Of a stretch of DNA of 64,000 nt, positions 1-8,985 are shown in pieces. The stretch comes from a virus, in IMG/VR virus record IMGVR_UViG_3300034104_006814, positions 7,108 to 71,107 of that record. The stretch is one strand, 5' to 3'. The notes beneath the pieces are model-generated. The model worked only from the letters and a program-made list of their open reading frames with translations. It was not told where the DNA came from and made no database searches. A program made the position numbers and the translations under genes. The number at the start of each line of letters is the position of its first letter. Position 1 is the first letter of the stretch.

Positions 1-194
1 GAAAAAGCTATCGGAATAGAGAATGAGACAGATGTATCTTTTGCAACATGAATTTCATAACCATCAATTGTTACAATAATTGCATTGTCATGATTATTGT
101 TTATTCCATGTATAAAACTTGCTCCGTTAATAGATATGTAAGTATTAGAAGATAAATTATATAATTTTCCAACTTTTAGATAATTATTACTCAT
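1..194 (-). CDS. hypothetical protein, partial (runs off window edge)
   Basis: Not in ORF track; open frame MSNNYLKVGKLYNLSSNTYISING... from ATG at 194, with GTGTAA motif 8 nt upstream. Confidence 0.7.
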   Translation of the reverse strand, partial: MSNNYLKVGKLYNLSSNTYISINGASFIHGINNNHDNAIIVTIDGYEIHVAKDTSVSFSIPIAF

Positions 195-245
195 AATATT
201 TCTTACACTTTCTAGAAAGCTACACTAAAACTATTATAATCTGAT

Positions 246-713
246 ATGAAATTTAGTCTATACAAGCCAAATTCAAAAGTAACTGGATGCGCATTCCAAT
301 TTAAAATTGGACAGGGTAAGGGAGACGAAAAAACCTTATATGTAAGCGCTATTCAACAATCCTCTTGGAATGAAAATACGAAAACTGGATCATTTTCAGA
401 TAACGCAAAAAATCCAGAAAAAACACTTAATATTAAATTAAACGAAAATGAAATTGGCGGATTGCTATATGCCATTCGTGTTTATTCAGAATTTTCTGCG
501 TTTCATACGTTTGATGAAAATAAAACTCAAATTTCATTTAAGCCATACACGAAGCAAAATGGAACAAAAGCTTTTTCTTTTTCTATTTCTAGAAACGGAA
601 ATCAAAAATTTGGAATTGGCATTGAGCTTGGCGAAGCTGAAGCTTTGTCAGAGTTTCTCAAATTTACACTGGTTCAAATTTATTCTAATAGATCTGTGTC
701 GAAAACAGAATAA
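246..713 (+). CDS. hypothetical phage protein (possibly nucleic-acid-binding beta-fold)
   Basis: 155-aa ORF, coupled to next gene by TAATG overlap. Confidence 0.7.
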   Translation: MKFSLYKPNSKVTGCAFQFKIGQGKGDEKTLYVSAIQQSSWNENTKTGSFSDNAKNPEKTLNIKLNENEIGGLLYAIRVYSEFSAFHTFDENKTQISFKPYTKQNGTKAFSFSISRNGNQKFGIGIELGEAEALSEFLKFTLVQIYSNRSVSKTE

Positions 714-2605
714 TGAAAAAGATATTATTTCATTCAAATTTTTCTAGAGCATTCACTGGTTTTGGGAAGAATGCTAAAAATATTCTTAGATACTTATTTT
801 CAACTGGAAAATATGAAATTATCGAAGCTGCAAACGGAATGCCCTTTGAGGGACCAGAAACTTTAAGACAACCTTGGAAAAGCTATGGAACACTTCCCTC
901 TCAACAAAAAGCCGAACAATTAAAAATTCAATTTCCAGGAATCGAAAATTCTTTTGGCTACGGCTCTGCAATGATCGATGAAATTATTGAATTAGTTAAG
1001 CCAGATATTTATATTGGGGCTGAAGATATTTGGGCATTTAATGGTTATTGGGATAAGCCTTGGTGGAATAAAATTAATTCAATTATTTGGACTACGTTGG
1101 ATAGTTTACCAATTTTACCAGACGCAGTAAATGCAGCACCTAAAATAAAAAATTATTACGTATGGGCTTCTTTTGCCGAAAAAGCAATGAAGCAAATGGG
1201 CTATAACCACGTTCAAACTTTAAGAGGATGCTTGGACACAAGCAAATTTTACAAGTTACAGGATTCTGAAAAGAATTTTTTAAAAACTCAATTTAATTTA
1301 AATGATTCGTTTGTTATTGGATTTGTTTTTAGAAATCAGTTAAGAAAATCAGTTCCAAATTTATTGGATGGATTTAATTTATTTAGAAATGCAAATCCAA
1401 AAGCGAATGCAAAATTACTGCTTCATACTCATTGGTCAGAAGGCTGGGACATTCCAAGACTTCTAAAAGAAAAGCAAATTCCAAATAATTTAATTTTAAC
1501 AACTTATTATTGCTCTGCGTGCTCAAGATATGAAGTAAAATCTTTTACAAAGCAAGGAATTGCTTGCAAGTATTGTGGTACTCAAAATAGTCAAAATACA
1601 ACAAATGTAAGTGCGGGAGTTTCTGATGAACAGCTTAATGAAATTTATAATTTAATGGATGTTTACTGTCATCCATTTACAAGCGGAGGGCAAGAAATTC
1701 CAATTCAAGAGGCAAAATTAACAGAACTAATAACTTTAGTAACAAATTATTCTTGCGGAGAAGATTCGTGCTCTTCAGAAAGCGCTGGATTATCATTAAA
1801 TTGGAATGAATACAGGGAGCCAGGAACTCAGTTTATTAAAGCTTCTACATGCCCTAAAAGCATTTGCGAAAAATTAACGGAAGTGTTTTTCACGCATCCA
1901 GATAAAAAAAATAAAATTGGAAAAATTGCAAGACAATGGGTAATTGAAAATTTTTCAGTAGAAGCTATTGGAAAAAAGCTTGAATGCATTTTTGATTCAA
2001 TGCCAGACGCATCTTTTAATTGGAATAATGAAAAAGATATTGACGTTAATTACATGTTTCCACAAATACACAGCGATGAAGATTTCATTATTGATCTTTA
2101 TAAAAATATTTTAAAAGAAGATATTGATAAAAATCACTCAATATGTATTGATTTAGTTAATCATATAAAAAACGGAGCACAAAGAAATCAAATACATAGC
2201 CATATAATTGAACAAGCTAAACAAAAATTAAATAAACCTAAACAAATTGAATTTAAAGATTTGCTTGATGCTGACGATGAAGGAAAAAGAATGGCTGTAG
2301 TAATCCAACAATCTGGTGGAGACGTTTTAATGGTAAACGCCCTGTTGGAAAATTTAAAAAACCTATATCCAGATTATAATTTGTATATTTTTACTGAATC
2401 AAAATTTTTTGATTTAATAAGAGACAATCCAGCGGTTCATAAAGTTGTGCAATATAATTCAATGTGCGACAATCTTCTATTTTTAGAGGGTCAGGGGCAA
2501 CATAAAGGATTTTTTGAATTAGCATTTTTACCAACAATTACGACTCAAAAATATTTTGGATATCAACACAACGGGAAAGATAAACTTCAATTTTCATTAA
2601 AATAA
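713..2605 (+). CDS. GT-B glycosyltransferase (GT4-like) with C-terminal GT9-like domain
   Basis: TGFG N-terminal motif, FRNQLRK, YNLMDVYCHPFTSGGQEIPIQEA; C-terminal SGGDVLM...NPAVHKV. Confidence 0.8.
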   Translation: MKKILFHSNFSRAFTGFGKNAKNILRYLFSTGKYEIIEAANGMPFEGPETLRQPWKSYGTLPSQQKAEQLKIQFPGIENSFGYGSAMIDEIIELVKPDIYIGAEDIWAFNGYWDKPWWNKINSIIWTTLDSLPILPDAVNAAPKIKNYYVWASFAEKAMKQMGYNHVQTLRGCLDTSKFYKLQDSEKNFLKTQFNLNDSFVIGFVFRNQLRKSVPNLLDGFNLFRNANPKANAKLLLHTHWSEGWDIPRLLKEKQIPNNLILTTYYCSACSRYEVKSFTKQGIACKYCGTQNSQNTTNVSAGVSDEQLNEIYNLMDVYCHPFTSGGQEIPIQEAKLTELITLVTNYSCGEDSCSSESAGLSLNWNEYREPGTQFIKASTCPKSICEKLTEVFFTHPDKKNKIGKIARQWVIENFSVEAIGKKLECIFDSMPDASFNWNNEKDIDVNYMFPQIHSDEDFIIDLYKNILKEDIDKNHSICIDLVNHIKNGAQRNQIHSHIIEQAKQKLNKPKQIEFKDLLDADDEGKRMAVVIQQSGGDVLMVNALLENLKNLYPDYNLYIFTESKFFDLIRDNPAVHKVVQYNSMCDNLLFLEGQGQHKGFFELAFLPTITTQKYFGYQHNGKDKLQFSLK

Positions 2606-2606
2606 T

Positions 2607-3755
2607 ATGGCTCACTTAATAGAAGAATATGCAAAATCGTTAGGAGTTAAAATTGGAAAACCTACTTTGTTAGATCATTTTTATCCAACACTACACGATA
2701 AGTATATTACAATTCATGCTGACGATAAAATAGATTCGAAAAATTATGAATACTTTCCTCAAGTAATAAATTTATTAAAACCCTTTTTAGAAAAATATAA
2801 TTATAAAATATACCAGATAGGCGGACATCAAGATCCTATTTTGCCAAATACAGATGCTTGTTTTCTAAACTTAAATTATAAGCAATCTGCTTTTTTAATA
2901 AAAAATTCTAAACTTCATATCGGTATAGATAGTTTGCCAATTCATGTTGCTAGTATTTATGATGTCCCAATTGTTGTTTTATATTCTCATATTTATTCAT
3001 CTAACGCTTATCCATATTGGAGCACAAAAGAAAAAGTAAAAATATTAGAATCAGACAAAAATGGCAATAAAGCTTCTTTAAGCTATCAAGAGTCACCCAA
3101 AACGATAAGAACAATAAAACCAGAAGAAATTGTAAAATCTGCTTTGTCACTCTTGCAAATCGAAGATTGTTTAAATTTTAAAACATTAAAAATAGGAAAT
3201 CATTATCATATCCCGATAGTTGAAATTGTTCCAAATTTTCAAGCCTCAATACAAGATCAAAAAGATAAAACTCTTTATATTAGATGTGATTTACATTATG
3301 ATGAGCAAAATATAGCCTTTTGGTGCTCAAACCATAAAGTAAAATTAATTTCTGAAAAAATATTACCTTTAGATTTATTAAATTATTTTTCTTCAAAAAT
3401 AGAACATGTATTCTTTAAGTTAAAAGAGTTCGATATTCCAGTTGATTACTTTAATCAAGTAAAAAAAACAAAAATAAATTTTACCATTTGCACATCAGAA
3501 AAAAAGCTACTACCCAAAATAAGAAATAAATTTTTTGATTTTAAGGTTGAACTTGATGATGTTAAAGAAAGGAGTTGTTCATTTGAAAAAATAAAATCAA
3601 AATTTTTTACAAATAAAATTATTGTATCTAACGCTAATTTATACCCCAGCGAAGCTCACTTAAAAATAGACAAAAAACTTGACACTATAAATGAAACAAT
3701 ATATGATGATGATGATTTCTGGAAAGATTTAGAGCATTATTATCTATATGAATAA
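2607..3755 (+). CDS. GT9 (heptosyltransferase-like) glycosyltransferase
   Basis: YQIGG, SAFLIKNSKLHIGIDSLPIHVA motif. Confidence 0.75.
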   Translation: MAHLIEEYAKSLGVKIGKPTLLDHFYPTLHDKYITIHADDKIDSKNYEYFPQVINLLKPFLEKYNYKIYQIGGHQDPILPNTDACFLNLNYKQSAFLIKNSKLHIGIDSLPIHVASIYDVPIVVLYSHIYSSNAYPYWSTKEKVKILESDKNGNKASLSYQESPKTIRTIKPEEIVKSALSLLQIEDCLNFKTLKIGNHYHIPIVEIVPNFQASIQDQKDKTLYIRCDLHYDEQNIAFWCSNHKVKLISEKILPLDLLNYFSSKIEHVFFKLKEFDIPVDYFNQVKKTKINFTICTSEKKLLPKIRNKFFDFKVELDDVKERSCSFEKIKSKFFTNKIIVSNANLYPSEAHLKIDKKLDTINETIYDDDDFWKDLEHYYLYE

Positions 3756-4455
3756 TTTTAAATTTAATGAAGATGGAAGCGTTAATTGGAGAGCAATGGT
3801 TAAAGAAGAGCACCTTTATCCAAATAAAGATTGGTTTGCGCTGCGCGGACAGTCCGTTCCAAATAGCGTTGAAGGATTGGCAGACAATCAACTTTTAATT
3901 AAATTAAGCGGCCTTAAAGAACTGGCAAAACTGCGAGGCTATAACCAAGTGAGTTATGACGTAATTAAATGTGAAAAAGACCACGTAGTCGTTAAATGTA
4001 AAATTTCTTGGAAAGCATTAATGGCTGATAAACCATCGATGGTTGCTCTTGAAGATCCGTGTATTTTTGAAGATATGGCAAATGCAACTTTAGAAAATAC
4101 AAACGATTTTTGCGCAAAATTTTTAGAAACAATTGCCACAAATCGAGCTTTTGTTCGATGCGTTCGAAATTACCTAGGAATTAATATTGTTGGAGACGAC
4201 GAAATTGATAAGTCAAAAAATAAAACTTTAGCGCATGAAAACACGGAGTCTAATATCGTAAACATTACACCTCAAGGTCTTTTGAAGAAATTAGCAAAAG
4301 ATAAATTAGGTTGCAACAATTTTGATGATTTTAAAACTCACCTTCGCAAGCTTTGGCAAGAAGAAAAATATAAAAATGAAGAAGCAAAAACTTGGAATGA
4401 CTTTACTGCAATTCCAGCTAAAGAATGCAGAAAATTAACTTCTTTTATTAAATGA
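3748..4455 (+). CDS. putative ssDNA-annealing/recombination protein (Rad52/Sak-like)
   Basis: GLKELA...ANAT...ETIATNRAFVRCVR resembles the annealase core helix; family call tentative. Confidence 0.45.
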   Translation: MNNFKFNEDGSVNWRAMVKEEHLYPNKDWFALRGQSVPNSVEGLADNQLLIKLSGLKELAKLRGYNQVSYDVIKCEKDHVVVKCKISWKALMADKPSMVALEDPCIFEDMANATLENTNDFCAKFLETIATNRAFVRCVRNYLGINIVGDDEIDKSKNKTLAHENTESNIVNITPQGLLKKLAKDKLGCNNFDDFKTHLRKLWQEEKYKNEEAKTWNDFTAIPAKECRKLTSFIK

Positions 4456-4916
4456 AATCATATTCTATAAAAAAAATAGAATGCCCTGATGAACTAAGAT
4501 CAATTCTTGATAACCTTTTTCTAAAACATAAAAATTACTTAGATAATTTTCTGCATCCCCCATTTTTTGATTCAGAATTAGTTAAAACATCAATATGCCA
4601 TGAAAATTTATTAAATAGTCAATTTTCAGCATGGACTTTATTTAAGGATGAAGATCCTGATTCAATATTTATTGGATGTATTGCAAAGTTAGAAAAAATA
4701 AATAAAAAAATTTATTCTGAATATTTATTTTTGAACTCTTCTAAACGCGGCCTCCTTTTAATAAAGGAGGCTTTAAATTTTGCAAAAAAAAATAATTGTA
4801 AAAAGTTCTTTTTAAGTATTTCCGATAGAAATCAATCCTTTTTAAAGGCTGAAAAAGTTTTAAGCAAAAGATCTTTTCAAAAATTTACGAATGTTTACGA
4901 TTTAACTATATCGTAA
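4452..4916 (+). CDS. hypothetical protein (possible GNAT-like fold)
   Basis: 154-aa ORF; GLLLIKEALNFAKKNNCKKF pattern. Confidence 0.5.
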   Translation: MKSYSIKKIECPDELRSILDNLFLKHKNYLDNFLHPPFFDSELVKTSICHENLLNSQFSAWTLFKDEDPDSIFIGCIAKLEKINKKIYSEYLFLNSSKRGLLLIKEALNFAKKNNCKKFFLSISDRNQSFLKAEKVLSKRSFQKFTNVYDLTIS

Positions 4917-7797
4917 TTGTTTTTGTAGTCATTTCGGAAGTTCTGCGAGATGTATTATTATATTCTAGAACAAAACTTTCTATACCAACTTTAAAAGTGC
5001 CTACAGAATTTATCGGCTGTAAAAAATAAAAAGAATACTCTTTTGTGACCGAATTGAATTCAAAAATTCGTATTGCATTTGAAAATATTGGGGTGGTGCC
5101 AGTAACCGTTCTTGTTAAAACTTGAATATCTGAATTTGGTCTTATTATATATAAATTATAACCAATGACATTCACAGCAGCTTTCCAAGTTGCTTTTATT
5201 GCAATTGTTGTTGAATTAATATTTACTTTTTCTACTTTTGAAAAGAAAACTGATTGAGGTCTAGAAATAACCGAAGCATCACTATTAGCAATGTAAAAAT
5301 AATTATCAGTATTTATATCTTTAGGAGATTCTCCTTCAATTATATCAAACTTTGTGGTACAAAATTCAGTTGCAAATACTGAAAATTCAGAAGCAGAATT
5401 TTCTATTATAGAATTTATTTTATAAACTTTATCTTTTTTATCCTTTAATCTTAAAGAGTAAATTGAGTTTTCGTTAAAACTCAAAGCGCAAATATTTTGG
5501 CGAACCAGTGAAAAGCTACATTCATTATAATAAATATCATTTCTATTAATATTTTTATTTGCACACGAAATGCCAGAATTGTGCAGAGTTACATATGTAC
5601 CACAAATAGTGAACGAATCAGATAAAGTTTGAAATGATTTTATAAAATAAGTACATTTTTCTACATCAAAATATGAATTATTTCCATCATTGAATTGTTT
5701 TCTAAATAAAACATCCATTTTTGTTGTGTCAAAAAATCTTGAATCCAAACATGTATCTAAGAAAAGTCTAACTTCATTAAATGGAAGAGCGCATACAGTC
5801 GATACATCTAAAATTTTTCCGAATTGTTTTCTATCTTCCATGTCAGTAGATAGTTTAATTAAATCTCCAACTCCATAAGCTAAAATTTTAGAATCAATAG
5901 AGAAAGAAACATTACTGCTTTCTTTTGCAGTTTGAAATAAAATATTTTTTGCATATCGAATAGCTTGCCCTCTTGAAGTTATTCCCATTGGAGATATTTG
6001 TTTTTTTAAAATTCCCCTTTTTCTTATTGCCTCAGAGTCTTCAACGTATTCAATTTTTGGTTTGTAAAAATCTCTTTTGTCTAAATAGGTAACCTCAATA
6101 ACAGTAAACTCATCATCTTTTTTAAGGTTTCCAAAATTAAAAATTCCATCCAAAACATCAGTTGAAGCTATTGTTCCTGATATGTCTTTTAATCTATTAT
6201 CGTCAAAAGAAATTATTGAATTCGAGTAATACACATTGCCATTAAACAATGACATTATGTTATTGATCATGTCATATACATTATATTTTTCATTTATTAA
6301 CGCATTAAATGAATATCTAGGTTCATAGCCCGAAAATGTATCTGGTACTCCCCAAAAAATTCCATTTTCATCACAGGCATCGCACCATTTTGCTATTTGG
6401 TATAATTCCCAAATGTCTATTTGATCAGATTCAATATAATTTCCTAAACCATATCTTTTATTTATTAAAAGATCCAAAAGAATCCAAGCTGGATTATCCG
6501 TCCAGCCCAATTTAAAAGTTCCATCCCAAACCCCTTTATAAATAACATTAGAACCCCTACCTTGAGAGTATCTTAAATCTCTTCCCAAATTATCAAAAGG
6601 AAAATAATTTGAAGGTATTAATATTTTTTTTAATTTACAATCAAAACTTCTTGCGGGCAAAGACGACATAGATCTTGAATCTATTTTTGTTGCAGCAATT
6701 GCAGAGAAAGGATAAGAAAAATTATTTGGAATGATTTCTGTAATTTTATCTAAATTTATATTTCTTTTTATTAATGTAGATCTTGTTTCTGGAGAAAGTT
6801 TAGTTATTTTTACGTATCTTTTTACTGGAAACCCCTTGGAATCAACTTTTGCTGGCGGTAAAAATATTGGTGAAGAAGTTTCAGATTTTAAATCATAAAA
6901 ATCATAATATTTAGATTCTTCGGCCTTTAAATAAGCTGGTCTATTTCCGAAAGATATGTTAAAATTATTAATTTCTGATGCAGTATAAAACTTAATAGAA
7001 TTAAAGTATTTTATATTTAAATTACCACCATTATTTCCTTGAAGAATCATGTCTCCGACAGGAGATATGGAATAATCAACAACTTTATAATTGAGACTAG
7101 CAAAAAGAGGATGATATTGCTTTAATAAATCTTGACTTTTTAAAATAATATTTTTTCTATTATAATCCGATCCTTTTAAGAAGGAATGTATTAAATAATA
7201 ACCTCCTAAAATTCTTGCGCTTGATATTTGGTTTATATCATCATTAAATTTATTAAAATCTAAAACAGAATTTATTTTATTTGATATATCTGTTTGAAAA
7301 CATAAGTAATAATCTACATACTCATGTTTCCAAATGCTTAAATCTTTTATAAAATATGCAGAAGACACAACTCCATTTTCATAAACGCAAGTAAGTTCTT
7401 GAATTTGATTTACATTATTATAAATATTAGTTTGCAGTTGAGAAACGCTGCACCTACTATAAAAAGAACTTGACTGATTAAAGTACGTTCCAATTCCTTG
7501 TTGAGAAGCTAAAATATAACTAAATCCAATACATGGATTAGTTGCAGACGAAACTTCACTAGAGCAATTTAACAAATAGCTTTCGAAGTCATTTACAACT
7601 CCATATTTTGTTAATATAGAATTATTTAAAGGAGAATATTTATAAGCTTTAGTTTGAGTATCTAATGAAAAATTTTGCGATAAAAAACTAGTAAAATTTA
7701 AAGTTGGAATTTCTAAAGTTGGATTACTCGAAGAAATAATAATAGAAAAAATTTCTTTTTGATAATTATATATAGTATAAAATTTTGGATTAATCAT
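4906..7797 (-). CDS. tail tip/host specificity protein J, C-terminal part
   Basis: YPFSAIAATKIDS, WDGTFKLGWTDNPAWILLDLLINKRYGLG, EPRYSFN, GITSRGQAIR motifs of lambda gpJ family. Confidence 0.9.
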   Translation of the reverse strand: MINPKFYTIYNYQKEIFSIIISSSNPTLEIPTLNFTSFLSQNFSLDTQTKAYKYSPLNNSILTKYGVVNDFESYLLNCSSEVSSATNPCIGFSYILASQQGIGTYFNQSSSFYSRCSVSQLQTNIYNNVNQIQELTCVYENGVVSSAYFIKDLSIWKHEYVDYYLCFQTDISNKINSVLDFNKFNDDINQISSARILGGYYLIHSFLKGSDYNRKNIILKSQDLLKQYHPLFASLNYKVVDYSISPVGDMILQGNNGGNLNIKYFNSIKFYTASEINNFNISFGNRPAYLKAEESKYYDFYDLKSETSSPIFLPPAKVDSKGFPVKRYVKITKLSPETRSTLIKRNINLDKITEIIPNNFSYPFSAIAATKIDSRSMSSLPARSFDCKLKKILIPSNYFPFDNLGRDLRYSQGRGSNVIYKGVWDGTFKLGWTDNPAWILLDLLINKRYGLGNYIESDQIDIWELYQIAKWCDACDENGIFWGVPDTFSGYEPRYSFNALINEKYNVYDMINNIMSLFNGNVYYSNSIISFDDNRLKDISGTIASTDVLDGIFNFGNLKKDDEFTVIEVTYLDKRDFYKPKIEYVEDSEAIRKRGILKKQISPMGITSRGQAIRYAKNILFQTAKESSNVSFSIDSKILAYGVGDLIKLSTDMEDRKQFGKILDVSTVCALPFNEVRLFLDTCLDSRFFDTTKMDVLFRKQFNDGNNSYFDVEKCTYFIKSFQTLSDSFTICGTYVTLHNSGISCANKNINRNDIYYNECSFSLVRQNICALSFNENSIYSLRLKDKKDKVYKINSIIENSASEFSVFATEFCTTKFDIIEGESPKDINTDNYFYIANSDASVISRPQSVFFSKVEKVNINSTTIAIKATWKAAVNVIGYNLYIIRPNSDIQVLTRTVTGTTPIFSNAIRIFEFNSVTKEYSFYFLQPINSVGTFKVGIESFVLEYNNTSRRTSEMTTKTITI

Positions 7798-7798
7798 A

Positions 7799-8974
7799 TT
7801 AAATAATTACGTTTTTGCATTTTATTTCAGAATAATAATCTGAAGACACTGGAGGATTGAGATTAATTTCTGAAGATAAATCTAAATTTGGTAAACCGTG
7901 ATATTGCTGACAAAAATTTGTAGTATTTAAATACCAGTTATTTGCAAAATTTTTAACATCGCAACAAAAATTTGTAAAAAAAGTATTTTTACAGTAACAA
8001 AAATAAAAACCAGAAGAATTTCCAAAATCAATTATGCATTGTTGAAAATCATAAACATTACCATTTTTATCTATTGACGTATAAATTTTATTAAAATTAT
8101 TAGAAAATAATTGAACGCGAGAAGAAAATGCACCTATAAATTCTCCAGAATAATTTAATCCACTATAGTAACCATTTATATCAGAAACTCCACAAGAAAT
8201 ACAATCAGAATTGGGTGCATACCCATAATTGGAAATTAAATATTTATTTTTTAACAAACATATATTCTCACAATCTTCTATGTAAAAATCACAAAATAAA
8301 TGTCCATTTTTAGACAAAAAATATTTTTTTTCTACATATGGATTTTGGCGCTGATAATAAAAATATATTAATCTATTATAAACAGTATCATTTGTGTTTG
8401 GATATAATTCTGGATTTATAAATATTGGAAAATGCCTTTCGTACCAAGGAACGCCAACTAAATTAAAATTTAAATTTGGATACGCCAAGTTTAAATTGGA
8501 TAAAATATTAATTGAATTAAACGAGTTATTTAAATAAGTTAAATCTTGACTCTGCGGTATATTATTTTTTCCTATTTGAGAGTAACAGTATAAAATATTA
8601 TTAAAATAAATAGGCAAGCATATCTTATAGTCTTCCGTTTGAGCTTCTATGCGAGATAATATTTTTTGTCTTAAATCTACAGTTTCTTGACTTTTTTCAA
8701 AGGTGGAGTCCCAAATATGCAAACTAGAAGGATCAATTAAATGATTTTTATATAAACCATCTTTTATTATAGAATACCCTTTATAGTAGTCGCATATATT
8801 TTTGGATGAAAATTTTGAATGCAAACATATTGAATTGCTTGCATCGTAGAAAAAATTAAATATTTGAGACCCATTATTAAAATAATTAAATCTTAAAACC
8901 GTTTCAACTTGAATGTGCTGAAAACATAGTCCAGTTATTAAAGGATTTAAATCCCAATTATAATCAATATTCAT
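7799..8974 (-). CDS. hypothetical tail-associated protein between the two J parts
   Basis: 391-aa ORF tightly packed in tail operon. Confidence 0.7.
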   Translation of the reverse strand: MNIDYNWDLNPLITGLCFQHIQVETVLRFNYFNNGSQIFNFFYDASNSICLHSKFSSKNICDYYKGYSIIKDGLYKNHLIDPSSLHIWDSTFEKSQETVDLRQKILSRIEAQTEDYKICLPIYFNNILYCYSQIGKNNIPQSQDLTYLNNSFNSINILSNLNLAYPNLNFNLVGVPWYERHFPIFINPELYPNTNDTVYNRLIYFYYQRQNPYVEKKYFLSKNGHLFCDFYIEDCENICLLKNKYLISNYGYAPNSDCISCGVSDINGYYSGLNYSGEFIGAFSSRVQLFSNNFNKIYTSIDKNGNVYDFQQCIIDFGNSSGFYFCYCKNTFFTNFCCDVKNFANNWYLNTTNFCQQYHGLPNLDLSSEINLNPPVSSDYYSEIKCKNVII

Positions 8975-8985
8975 TTTAAAATAAT